Shown piece by piece: positions 11,916 through 25,149 of a stretch of 64,000 nt of DNA (the stretch's first letter is position 1; the number at the start of each line of letters is the position of its first letter). This DNA comes from Azolla caroliniana. Lineage: Eukaryota; Plantae; Polypodiophyta. A program made the translations under genes and the position numbers. Where the stretch lies: positions 1 to 64,000 of the forward strand of contig JBHGNT010000038.1 of the NCBI GenBank assembly GCA_043228905.1, written 5' to 3'. Under the pieces are notes generated by a model. The model was not told the origin of the DNA, searched no databases, and saw only the letters and a program-made list of their open reading frames with translations.

Positions 11916-14900
11916 CTCAAATAGAGAGACATGACGTAATTTCCAAATTTCAGGAGGGAGTTGAGAAGAGCTAGTAGGTAAATTATAATGTTCATACCTG
12001 GCTCGTGTGATATCGGATTTTTGTGTTCAAACCTGCGAATCGAAGCTAACAACGCTAGCTATGATATGGAATTACAAAATCAAAATTTTGAAACTCCAGG
12101 CGAGAGACATGACGACATTACCAAATTTGAGGAGTGAGGTTGGAAGAGCGCGTGAGTGAATTAAAATGTTCATACCTGGCTCGTGTGATATCGGATTTTT
12201 GTGTACAAACATGCGAATCGAAGCTAACAACGCTAGCTATGATATGGAATTAAAAAATCAAGATTTTGAAACTCAGATCGAGAGACATGACGTAATTTTC
12301 CAAATTTCAGGAGGGAGTTGAGAAGAGCTAGTAGGTAAATTATAATGTTCATACCTGGCTCGTGTGATATCGGATTTTTGTGTTGAAACCTGCGAATCGA
12401 AGCTAACAACGCTAGCTATGATATGGAATTACAAAATCAAGATTTTGAAACTCCAGGCGAGAGACATGACGACATTACCAAATTTGAGGAGTGAGGTTGG
12501 AAGAGCGCGTGAGTGAATTAAAATGTTCATACCTGGCTCGTGTGATATCGGATTTTTGTGTACAAACATGCGAATCGAAGCTAACAACGCTAGCTATGAT
12601 ATGGAATTAAAAAATCAAAATTTTTAAACTCAGGTCGAGAGACATGACGAAATTACCAAATTTGAGGAGTGAGTTGAGAAGAGCTAGTAGGTAAATTATA
12701 ATGTTTATAGCTGGCTCGTGTGATATCGGATTTTTGTGTTCAAACCTGCGAATCGAAGCTAACAACGCTAGCTATGATATGGAATTACAAAATCAAAATT
12801 TTGAAACTCCAGGCGAGAGACATGACGACATTACCAAATTTGAGGAGTGAGGTTGGAAGAGCGCGTGAGTGAATTAAAATGTTCATACCTGGCTCGTGTG
12901 ATATCGGATTTTTGTGTACAAACATGCGAATCGAAGCTAACAACGCTAGCTATGATATGGAATTAAAAAATCAAGATTTTGAAACTCAGATCGAGAGACA
13001 TGACGTAATTTTCCAAATTTCAGGAGGGAGTTGAGAAGAGCTAGTAGGTAAATTATAATGTTCATACCTGGCTCGTGTGATATCGGATTTTTGTGTTGAA
13101 ACCTGCGAATCGAAGCTAACAACGCTAGCTATGATATGGAATTACAAAATCAAGATTTTGAAACTCCAGGCGAGAGACATGACGACATTACCAAATTTGA
13201 GGAGTGAGGTTGGAAGAGCGCGTGAGTGAATTAAAATGTTCATACCTGGCTCGTGTGATATCGGATTTTTGTGTACAAACATGCGAATCGAAGCTAACAA
13301 CGCTAGCTATGATATGGAATTAAAAAATCAAAATTTTGAAACTCAGGTCGAGAGACATGACGAAATTTCCAAATTTGAGGACGGAGTTGAGAAGAGCTAG
13401 TAGGTAAATTACAATGTTCATACCTGGTTCGTGTGATATCGGATTTTTGTGTTCAAACATGCGAATCGAAGCTAACAACGCTAGCTATGATATGGAATTA
13501 CAAAATCAAGATTTTGAAACTCCAGTCGAGAGACATGACGATATTACCAAATTTGAGGAGTGAGGTTGGAAGAGCGCGTGAGTGAATTAAAATGTTCATA
13601 CCTGGCTCGTGTGATATCGGATTTTTGTGTTCAAACATGCGATTCGAAGCTAGCAACGCTAGCTATGATATGGAATTAAAAAATCAAGATTTTGAAACTC
13701 AAATAGAGAGACATGACGTAATTTTCCAAATTTCAGGAGGGAGTTGAGAAGAGCTAGTAGGTAAATTATAATGTTCATACCTGGCTCGTGTGATATCGGA
13801 TTTTTGTGTTGAAACCTGCGAATCGAAGCTAACAACGCTAGCTATGATATGGAATTAAAAAATCAAGATTTTGAAACTCAGGTCGAGAGACATGAAGAAA
13901 TTACCAAATTTGAGGAGTGAGGTTGGAAGAGCGCGTGAGTGAATTAAAATGTTCATACCTGGCTCGTGTGATATCGGATTTTTGTGTTCAAACATTGGAA
14001 TCGAAGCTAACAACGCTAGCTATGATATAGAATGAAAAAATCAAGATTTTGAAACTCAGGTCGAGAGACATGACGAAATTACCAAATTTGAGGAGGGGGT
14101 TGAGAGGGGCCCTTGAGTCAATTAAAATGTTCATACCTAGCTCGTGTGATATCAGATTTTTGTGTTCAAACATGCGAATCAAACCTAACAACGCTAGCTA
14201 TGATATAGAATTAAAAAAGCAAGATTTTGACACTCAGGTCGAGAGACATGAAGAAATTACCAAATTTGAGGAGGGAGTTAAGAATGTTCATACCTGGCTC
14301 GTGTGATATCGGATTTTTGTGTTAAAACATTGGAATCGAAGCTAACAACGCTAGGTATGATATAGAATTAAAAAATCAAGATTTTGAAACTCAGGTCGAG
14401 AGACATGAAGAAATTACCAAATTTGAGGAGGGAGTTAAGAAGAGCTATTAGGTAAATTACAATGTTCATACCTGGCTCGTGTGATATCGGATTTTTGTGT
14501 TAAAACATTGGAATCGAAGCTAACAACGCTAGGTATGATATAGAATTAAAAAATCAAGATTTTGAAACTCAGGTCGAGAGACATGAAGAAATTACCAAAT
14601 TTGAGGAGGGAGTTAAGAAGAGCTATTAGGTAAATTACAATGTTCATACCTGGCTCGTGTGATATCGGATTTTTGTGTTAAAACATTGGAATCGAAGCCA
14701 ACAACGCTAGGTATGATATAGAATTAAAAAATCAAGATTTTGAAACTCAGGTCGAGAGACATGACGAAATTACCAAATTTGAGGAGTGAGTTGAGAGGAG
14801 CCCTTGAGTAAATTAAAATGGTCATACCTAGCGAGTGTGATATCGGATTTTTGTGTACAAACATGCGAATCGAAGCTAACAACGCTAGCTATGATATGGA

Positions 14901-16051
14901 ATTAAAAAATCAAGATTTTTAAACTCAGGTCGAGAGACATGACGAAATTTCCAAATTTCAGGAGGGAGTTGAGAAGAGCTAGTAGGTAAATTATAATGTT
15001 CATACCTGGTTCGTGTGATATCGGATTTTTGTGTTCAAACATGCGAATCGAAGCTAAAAACGCTAGCTATGATATGGAATTAAAAAATCAAGATTTTGCA
15101 ACTCAAGTCGAGAGACATGAAGAAATTACCAAATTTGAGGAGTGAGGTTGGAAGAGCGCGTGAGTGAATTAAAATGTTCATACCTGGCTCGTGTGATATC
15201 GGATTTCTGTGTTCAAACATGCGAATCGAAGCTAACAACGCTAGCTATGATATGGAATGAAAAAATCAAGATTTTGAAACTCAGGTCGAGAGACATGACG
15301 AAATTACCAAATTTGAGGAGGGGGTTGAGAGGGGCCCTTGAGTCAATTAAAATGTTCATACCTAGCTCGTGTGATATCAGATTTTTGTGTTCAAACATGC
15401 GAATCAAACCTAACAACGCTAGCTATGATATAGAATTAAAAAAGCAAGATTTTGAAACTCAGGTCGAGAGACATGAAGAAATTACCAAATTTGAGGAGGG
15501 AGTTAAGAATGTTCATACCTGGCTCATGTGATATCGGATTTTTGTGTTAAAACATTGGAATCGAAGCTAACAACGCTAGGTATGATATAGAATTAAAAAA
15601 TCAAGATTTTGAAACTCAGGTCGAGAGACATGAAGAAATTACGAAATTTGAGGAGGGAGTTAAGAAGAGCTATTAGGTAAATTACAATGTTCATACCTGG
15701 CTCGTGTGATATCGGATTTTTGTGTTAAAACATTGGAATCGAAGCTAACAACGCTAGGTATGATATAGAATTAAAAAATCAAGATTTTGAAACTCAGGTC
15801 GAGAGACATGACGAAATTACCAAATTTGAGGAGTGAGTTGAGAGGAGCCCTTGAGTAAATTAAAATGGTCATACCTAGCGAGTGTGATATCGGATTTTTG
15901 TGTACAAACATGCGAATCGAAGCTAACAACGCTAGCTATGATATGGAATTAAAAAATCAAGATTTTTAAACTCAGGTCGAGAGACATGACGAAATTTCCA
16001 AATTTCAGGAGGGAGTTGAGAAGAGCTAGTAGGTAAATTATAATGTTCATA

Positions 16052-16100
16052 CCCTAAACCCTAAACCCTAAACCCTAAACCCTAAACCCTAAACCCTAAA
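16052..16100 (-). repeat. Interstitial telomeric tract (CCCTAAA)7, copy 2
   Basis: Same seven units and same junctions as copy 1, exactly 4185 bp downstream. Confidence 0.98.
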
Positions 16101-17399
16101 CTCAAATAGAGAGACATGACGTAATTTCCAAATTTCAGGAGGGAGTTGAGAAGAGCTAGTAGGTAAATTATAATGTTCATACCTGGCTCGTGTGATATCG
16201 GATTTTTGTGTTCAAACCTGCGAATCGAAGCTAACAACGCTAGCTATGATATGGAATTACAAAATCAAAATTTTGAAACTCCAGGCGAGAGACATGACGA
16301 CATTACCAAATTTGAGGAGTGAGGTTGGAAGAGCGCGTGAGTGAATTAAAATGTTCATACCTGGCTCGTGTGATATCGGATTTTTGTGTACAAACATGCG
16401 AATCGAAGCTAACAACGCTAGCTATGATATGGAATTAAAAAATCAAGATTTTGAAACTCAGATCGAGAGACATGACGTAATTTTCCAAATTTCAGGAGGG
16501 AGTTGAGAAGAGCTAGTAGGTAAATTATAATGTTCATACCTGGCTCGTGTGATATCGGATTTTTGTGTTGAAACCTGCGAATCGAAGCTAACAACGCTAG
16601 CTATGATATGGAATTACAAAATCAAGATTTTGAAACTCCAGGCGAGAGACATGACGACATTACCAAATTTGAGGAGTGAGGTTGGAAGAGCGCGTGAGTG
16701 AATTAAAATGTTCATACCTGGCTCGTGTGATATCGGATTTTTGTGTACAAACATGCGAATCGAAGCTAACAACGCTAGCTATGATATGGAATTAAAAAAT
16801 CAAAATTTTTAAACTCAGGTCGAGAGACATGACGAAATTACCAAATTTGAGGAGTGAGTTGAGAAGAGCTAGTAGGTAAATTATAATGTTTATACCTGGC
16901 TCGTGTGATATCGGATTTTTGTGTTCAAACCTGCGAATCGAAGCTAACAACGCTAGCTATGATATGGAATTACAAAATCAAAATTTTGAAACTCCAGGCG
17001 AGAGACATGACGACATTACCAAATTTGAGGAGTGAGGTTGGAAGAGCGCGTGAGTGAATTAAAATGTTCATACCTGGCTCGTGTGATATCGGATTTTTGT
17101 GTACAAACATGCGAATCGAAGCTAACAACGCTAGCTATGATATGGAATTAAAAAATCAAGATTTTGAAACTCAGATCGAGAGACATGACGTAATTTTCCA
17201 AATTTCAGGAGGGAGTTGAGAAGAGCTAGTAGGTAAATTATAATGTTCATACCTGGCTCGTGTGATATCGGATTTTTGTGTTGAAACCTGCGAATCGAAG
17301 CTAACAACGCTAGCTATGATATGGAATTACAAAATCAAGATTTTGAAACTCCAGGCGAGAGACATGACGACATTACCAAATTTGAGGAGTGAGGTTGGA

Positions 17400-20300
17400 A
17401 GAGCGCGTGAGTGAATTAAAATGTTCATACCTGGCTCGTGTGATATCGGATTTTTGTGTACAAACATGCGAATCGAAGCTAACAACGCTAGCTATGATAT
17501 GGAATTAAAAAATCAAAATTTTGAAACTCAGGTCGAGAGACATGACGAAATTTCCAAATTTGAGGACGGAGTTGAGAAGAGCTAGTAGGTAAATTACAAT
17601 GTTCATACCTGGTTCGTGTGATATCGGATTTTTGTGTTCAAACATGCGAATCGAAGCTAACAACGCTAGCTATGATATGGAATTACAAAATCAAGATTTT
17701 GAAACTCCAGTCGAGAGACATGACGATATTACCAAATTTGAGGAGTGAGGTTGGAAGAGCGCGTGAGTGAATTAAAATGTTCATACCTGGCTCGTGTGAT
17801 ATCGGATTTTTGTGTACAAACATGCGAATCGAAGCTAACAACGCTAGCTATGATATGGAATTAAAAAATCAAGATTTTGAAACTCAGATCGAGAGACATG
17901 ACGTAATTTTCCAAATTTCAGGAGGGAGTTGAGAAGAGCTAGTAGGTAAATTATAATGTTCATACCTGGCTCGTGTGATATCGGATTTTTGTGTTGAAAC
18001 CTGCGAATCGAAGCTAACAACGCTAGCTATGATATGGAATTACAAAATCAAGATTTTGAAACTCCAGGCGAGAGACATGACGACATTACCAAATTTGAGG
18101 AGTGAGGTTGGAAGAGCGCGTGAGTGAATTAAAATGTTCATACCTGGCTCGTGTGATATCGGATTTTTGTGTTAAAACATTGGAATCGAAGCTAACAACG
18201 CTAGGTATGATATAGAATTAAAAAATCAAGATTTTGAAACTCAGGTCGAGAGACATGAAGAAATTACGAAATTTGAGGAGGGAGTTAAGAAGAGCTATTA
18301 GGTAAATTACAATGTTCATACCTGGCTCGTGTGATATCGGATTTTTGTGTTAAAACATTGGAATCGAAGCTAACAACGCTAGGTATGATATAGAATTAAA
18401 AAATCAAGATTTTGAAACTCAGGTCGAGAGACATGACGAAATTACCAAATTTGAGGAGTGAGTTGAGAGGAGCCCTTGAGTAAATTAAAATGGTCATACC
18501 TAGCGAGTGTGATATCGGATTTTTGTGTACAAACATGCGAATCGAAGCTAACAACGCTAGCTATGATATGGAATTAAAAAATCAAGATTTTTAAACTCAG
18601 GTCGAGAGACATGACGAAATTTCCAAATTTCAGGAGGGAGTTGAGAAGAGCTAGTAGGTAAATTATAATGTTCATACCTGGTTCGTGTGATATCGGATTT
18701 TTGTGTTCAAACATGCGAATCGAAGCTAAAAACGCTAGCTATGATATGGAATTAAAAAATCAAGATTATGAAACTCAGATCGAGAGACATGACGTAATTT
18801 TCCAAATTTCAGGAGGGAGTTGAGAAGAGCTAGTAGGTAAATTATAATGTTCATACCTGGCTCGTGTGATATCGGATTTTTGTGTTCAAACCTGCGAATC
18901 GAAGCTAACAACGCTAGCTATGATATGGAATTACAAAATCAAGATTTTGAAACTCCAGGCGAGAGACATGACGACATTACCAAATTTGAGGAGTGAGGTC
19001 GGAAGAGCGCGTGAGTGAATTAAAATGTTCATACCTGGCTCGTGTGATATCGGATTTTTGTGTACAAACATGCGAATCGAAGCTAACAACGCTAGCTATG
19101 ATATGGAATTAAAAAATCAAGATTTTGAAACTCAAATAGAGAGACATGACGTAATTTTCCAAATTTCAGGAGGGAGTTGAGAAGAGCTAGTAGGTAAATT
19201 ATAATGTTCATACCTGGCTCGTGTGATATCGGATTTTTGTGTTCAAACCTGCGAATCGAAGCTAACAACGCTAGCTATGATATGGAATTACAAAATCAAA
19301 ATTTTGAAACTCCAGGCGAGAGACATGACGACATTACCAAATTTGAGGAGTGAGGTTGGAAGAGCGCGTGAGTGAATTAAAATGTTCATACCTGGCTCGT
19401 GTGATATCGGATTTTTGTGTACAAACATGCGAATCGAAGCTAACAACGCTAGCTATGATATGGAATTAAAAAATCAAAATTTTGAAACTCAGGTCGAGAG
19501 ACATGACGAAATTTCCAAATTTGAGGACGGAGTTGAGAAGAGCTAGTAGGTAAATTACAATGTTCATACCTGGTTCGTGTGATATCGGATTTTTGTGTTC
19601 AAACATGCGAATCGAAGCTAACAACGCTAGCTATGATATGGAATTACAAAATCAAGATTTTGAAACTCCAGTCGAGAGACATGACGATATTACCAAATTT
19701 GAGGAGTGAGGTTGGAAGAGCGCGTGAGTGAATTAAAATGTTCATACCTGGCTCGTGTGATATCGGATTTTTGTGTACAAACATGCGAATCGAAGCTAAC
19801 AACGCTAGCTATGATATGGAATTAAAAAATCAAGATTTTGAAACTCAGATCGAGAGACATGACGTAATTTTCCAAATTTCAGGAGGGAGTTGAGAAGAGC
19901 TAGTAGGTAAATTATAATGTTCATACCTGGCTCGTGTGATATCGGATTTTTGTGTTGAAACCTGCGAATCGAAGCTAACAACGCTAGCTATGATATGGAA
20001 TTACAAAATCAAGATTTTGAAACTCCAGGCGAGAGACATGACGACATTACCAAATTTGAGGAGTGAGGTTGGAAGAGCGCGTGAGTGAATTAAAATGTTC
20101 ATACCTGGCTCGTGTGATATCGGATTTTTGTGTTAAAACATTGGAATCGAAGCTAACAACGCTAGGTATGATATAGAATTAAAAAATCAAGATTTTGAAA
20201 CTCAGGTCGAGAGACATGAAGAAATTACGAAATTTGAGGAGGGAGTTAAGAAGAGCTATTAGGTAAATTACAATGTTCATACCTGGCTCGTGTGATATCG

Positions 20301-20720
20301 GATTTTTGTGTTAAAACATTGGAATCGAAGCTAACAACGCTAGGTATGATATAGAATTAAAAAATCAAGATTTTGAAACTCAGGTCGAGAGACATGACGA
20401 AATTACCAAATTTGAGGAGTGAGTTGAGAGGAGCCCTTGAGTAAATTAAAATGGTCATACCTAGCGAGTGTGATATCGGATTTTTGTGTACAAACATGCG
20501 AATCGAAGCTAACAACGCTAGCTATGATATGGAATTAAAAAATCAAGATTTTTAAACTCAGGTCGAGAGACATGACGAAATTTCCAAATTTCAGGAGGGA
20601 GTTGAGAAGAGCTAGTAGGTAAATTATAATGTTCATACCTGGTTCGTGTGATATCGGATTTTTGTGTTCAAACATGCGAATCGAAGCTAAAAACGCTAGC
20701 TATGATATGGAATTAAAAAA
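17400..20720. repeat. Block duplication at an 11-monomer offset (1961 bp); ends approximate
   Basis: gaggacgga at 17566/19527 and the first ttggaatcg monomer at 18180/20141. Identity breaks at about 18765 (gattatg) versus about 20726 (gattttgca). Confidence 0.8.
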
Positions 20721-23700
20721 TCAAGATTTTGCAACTCAAGTCGAGAGACATGAAGAAATTACCAAATTTGAGGAGTGAGGTTGGAAGAGCGCGTGAGTGA
20801 ATTAAAATGTTCATACCTGGCTCGTGTGATATCGGATTTCTGTGTTCAAACATGCGAATCGAAGCTAACAACGCTAGCTATGATATGGAATGAAAAAATC
20901 AAGATTTTGAAACTCAGGTCGAGAGACATGACGAAATTACCAAATTTGAGGAGGGGGTTGAGAGGGGCCCTTGAGTCAATTAAAATGTTCATACCTAGCT
21001 CGTGTGATATCAGATTTTTGTGTTCAAACATGCGAATCAAACCTAACAACGCTAGCTATGATATAGAATTAAAAAAGCAAGATTTTGAAACTCAGGTCGA
21101 GAGACATGAAGAAATTACCAAATTTGAGGAGGGAGTTAAGAATGTTCATACCTGGTTCGTGTGATATCGGATTTTTGTGTTAAAACATTGGAATCGAAGC
21201 TAACAACGCTAGGTATGATATAGAATTAAAACATCAAGATTTTGAAACTCAGGTCGAGAGACATGAAGAAATTACCAAATTTGAGGAGGGAGTTAAGAAG
21301 AGCTATTAGGTAAATTACAATGTTCATACCTGGCTCGTGTGATATCGGATTTTTGTGTTCAAACATTGGAATCGAAGCTAACAACGCTAGGTATGATATA
21401 GAATTAAATAATCAAGATTTTGAAACTCAGGTCGAGAGACATGACGAAATTACCAAATTTGAGGAGTGAGTTGAGAGGAGCCCTTGAGTAAATTAAAATG
21501 GTCATACCTAGCGAGTGTGATATCGGATTTTTGTGTACAAACATGCGAATCGAAGCTAACAACGCTAGCTATGATATGGAATTAAAAAATCAAGATTTTT
21601 AAACTCAGGTCGAGAGACATGACGAAATTTCCAAATTTCAGGAGGGAGTTGAGAAGAGCTAGTAGGTAAATTATAATGTTTATACCTGGTTCGTGTGATA
21701 TCGGATTTTTGTGTTCAAACATGCGAATCGAAGCTAAAAACGCTAGCTATGATATGGAATTAAAAAATCAAGATTTTGCAACTCAAGTCGAGAGACATGA
21801 AGAAATTCCCAAATTTGAGGAGTGAGGTTGGAAGAGCGCGTGAGTGAATTAAAATGTTCATACCTGGCTCGTGTGATATCGGATTTCTGTGTTCAAACAT
21901 GCGAATCGAAGCTAACAACGCTAGCTATGATATGGAATGAAAAAATCAAGATTTTGAAACTCAGGTCGAGAGACATGACGAAATTACCAAATTTGAGGAG
22001 GGGGTTGAGAGGGGCCCTTGAGTCAATTAAAATGTTCATACCTAGCTCGTGTGATATCAGATTTTTGTGTTCAAACATGCGAATCAAACCTAACAACGCT
22101 AGCTATGATATAGAATTAAAAAAGCAAGATTTTGAAACTCAGGTCGAGAGACATGAAGAAATTACCAAATTTGAGGAGGGAGTTAAGAAGAGCTATTAGG
22201 TAAATTACAATGTTCATACCTGGCTCGTGTGATATCGGATTTTTGTGTTCAAACATTGGAATCGAAGCTAACAACGCTAGGTATGATATAGAATTAAAAA
22301 ATCAACATTTTGAAACTCAGGTCGAGAGACATGACGAAATTACCAAATTTGAGGAGTGAGTTAAGAAGAGCTATTAGGTAAATTATAATGTTCATACCTG
22401 GCTCGTGTGATATCGGATTTCTGTGTTCAAACATGCGAATCGAAGCTAATAACGCTAGCTATGATATGGAATTAAAAAATCAATATTTTGAAACTCAGGT
22501 CGAGAGACATGACGAAATTAGCAAATTTGAGGAGTGAGTTGAGATGAGCCCTTGAGTAAATTAAAATGTTCATACCTAGCGAGTGTGATATCGGATTTTT
22601 GTGTACAAACATGCGAATCGAAGCTAACAACACTAGCTATGATATGGAATTAAAAAATCAAGATTTTGAAACTCAGGTCGAGAGACATGACGAAATTACC
22701 AAATTTGAGGAGTGAGTTGAGAGGAGCCCTTGAGTAAATTTAAATGGTCATACCTAGAGATTGTGATATCGGATTTTTGTGTACAAACATGCGAATCGAA
22801 GCTAACAACGCTAGCTGTGATATGGAATTAAAAAATCAAAATATTGAAACTCAGGTCGACAGACATGAAGAAATTACCAAATTTGAGGAGTGAGGTTAGA
22901 AGAGCGCGTGAGTGAATTAAAATGTTCATACCTGGCTCGTGTGATATCGGATTTTTGTGTTCAAACCTGCGAATCGAAGCTAACAACGCTAGCTATGATA
23001 TGGAATTACAAAATCAAGATTTTGAAACTCCAGGCGAGAGACATGACGAAATTACCAAATTTGAGGAGTGAGGTTGGAAGAGTGCGTGAGTGAATTAAAA
23101 TGTTCATACCTGGCTCGTGTGATATCGGATTTTTGTGTACAAACATGCGAATTGAAGCTAACAACGCTAGCTATGATATGGAATTAAAAAATCAAGATTT
23201 TGAAACCCAGGTCGCGAGACATGACGAAATTAGCAAATTTGAGGAGTGAGTTGAGAGGAGCCCTTGAGTAAATTAAAATGTTCATACCTGGCTCGTGTGA
23301 TATCAGATTTTTGTGTTCAAACATGCGAATCGAAGCTAACAACGCTAGCTATGATATGGAATTAAAAAATCAAGATTTTGAAACTCAGGTCAAGAGACAT
23401 GACGAAATTAGCAAATTTGAGGAGTGAGTTGAGAGGAGCCCTTGAGTAAATTAAAATGGTCATACATAGCGAGTGTGATATCGGATTTTTGTGTACAAAC
23501 ATGCGAATCGAAGCTAACAACGCTAGCTATGATATGGAATTAAAAAATCAAGATTTTGAAACTCAGGTCGAGAGACATGACGAAATTACCAAATTTGAGG
23601 AGGGAGTTGAGAGGGACCCTTGAGTAAATTAAAATGGTCATACCTAGCGAGTGTGATATCGGATTTTTGTGTACAAACATGCGAATCGAAGCTAACAACG

Positions 23701-25149
23701 CTAGCTATGATATGGAATTAAAAAATCAAGATTTTGAAACTCAGGTCGAGAGACATGAAGAAATTACCAAATTTGAGGAGTGAGGTTGGAAGAGCGCGTG
23801 AGTGAATTAAAATGTTCATACCTGGCTCGTGTGATATCGGATTTTTGTGTTCAAACATTGGAATCGAAGCTAACAACGCTAGGTATGATATAGAGTTAAA
23901 AAATCAACATTTTGAAACTCAGGTCGAGAGACATGACGAAATTACCAAATTTGAGGAGTGAGTTAAGAAGAGCTATTAGGTAAATTAAAATGTTCATACC
24001 TAGCTCGTGTGATATCGGATTTTTGTGTTCAAACCTGTGAATCGAAGCTAACAACACTACGTATGATATGGAATTACAAAATCAAGATTTTGAAACTCCA
24101 GGCGAGAGACATGACGAAATTACCAAATTTGAGGAGTGAGGTTGGAAGAGCGCGTGAGTGAATTAAAATGTTCATACCTGGCTCGTGTGATATCGGATTT
24201 TTGTATTCAAACATGCGAATCGAAGCTAACAACGCTAGCTATGATATGGAATTAAAAAATCAAGATTTTGAAACTCAGGTCAAGAGACATGAAGAAATTA
24301 GCAAATTTGAGGAGTGAGTTGAGAGGAGCCCTTGAGTAAATTAAAATGGTCATACATAGCGAGTGTGATATCGGATTTTTGTGTTCAAACATCCGAATCG
24401 AAGCTAACAACGCTAGCTATGATATGGAATTAAAAAATCAAGATTTTGAAACTAAGGTCGAGAGACATGACGAAATTAGCAAATTTGAGGAGTGAGTTGA
24501 GAGGAGCCCTCGAGTAAATTAAAATGGTCATACCTAGCGAGTGTGATATCGGTTTTTTGTGTACAAACATGCGAATCGAAGCTAAGAATGCTAGCTATGA
24601 TATGGAATTAAAAAATCAAGATTTTGACACTCAGGTCGAGAGACATGAAGAAATTACCAAATTTGAGGAGGGAGTTAAGAAGAGCTATTAGGTAAATTAC
24701 AATGTTCATACCTGGCTCGTGTGATATCGGATTTTTGTGTTCAAACATTGGAATCGAAGCTAACAACGCTAGGTATGATATAGAATTAAAAAATCAACAT
24801 TTTGAAACTCAGGTCGAGAGACATGACGAAATTACCAAATTTGAGGAGTGAGTTAAGAAGAGCTATTAGGTAAATTATAATGTTCATACCTGGCTCGTGT
24901 GATATCGGATTTCTGTGTTCAAACATGCGAATCGAAGCTAATAACGCTAGCTATGATATGGAATTAAAAAATCAATATTTTGAAACTCAGGTCGAGAGAC
25001 ATGACGAAATTAGCAAATTTGAGGAGTGAGTTGAGATGAGCCCTTGAGTAAATTAAAATGTTCATACCTAGCGAGTGTGATATCGGATTTTTGTGTACAA
25101 ACATGCGAATCGAAGCTAACAACACTAGCTATGATATGGAATTAAAAAA

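Larger units (their letters stand above)
8490..17815. repeat. Tandem duplication of a 4185-bp (24-monomer) unit carrying the telomeric tract; ends approximate
   Basis: Constant 4185 offset for gaggacgga (9196/13381/17566), gcgattcg (9456/13641), ORFs 9803/13988 and 10957/15142, and the telomere tracts 11867/16052. 4185 = 24x178 - 48 - 2x21 + 3. Confidence 0.92.

Noticed and set aside
11867-16100. Telomeric tracts as a true chromosome end or an end-to-end fusion site
   Set aside because: The tracts are only 49 bp, both in the same orientation with no head-to-head inversion, and collinear satellite continues on both sides.
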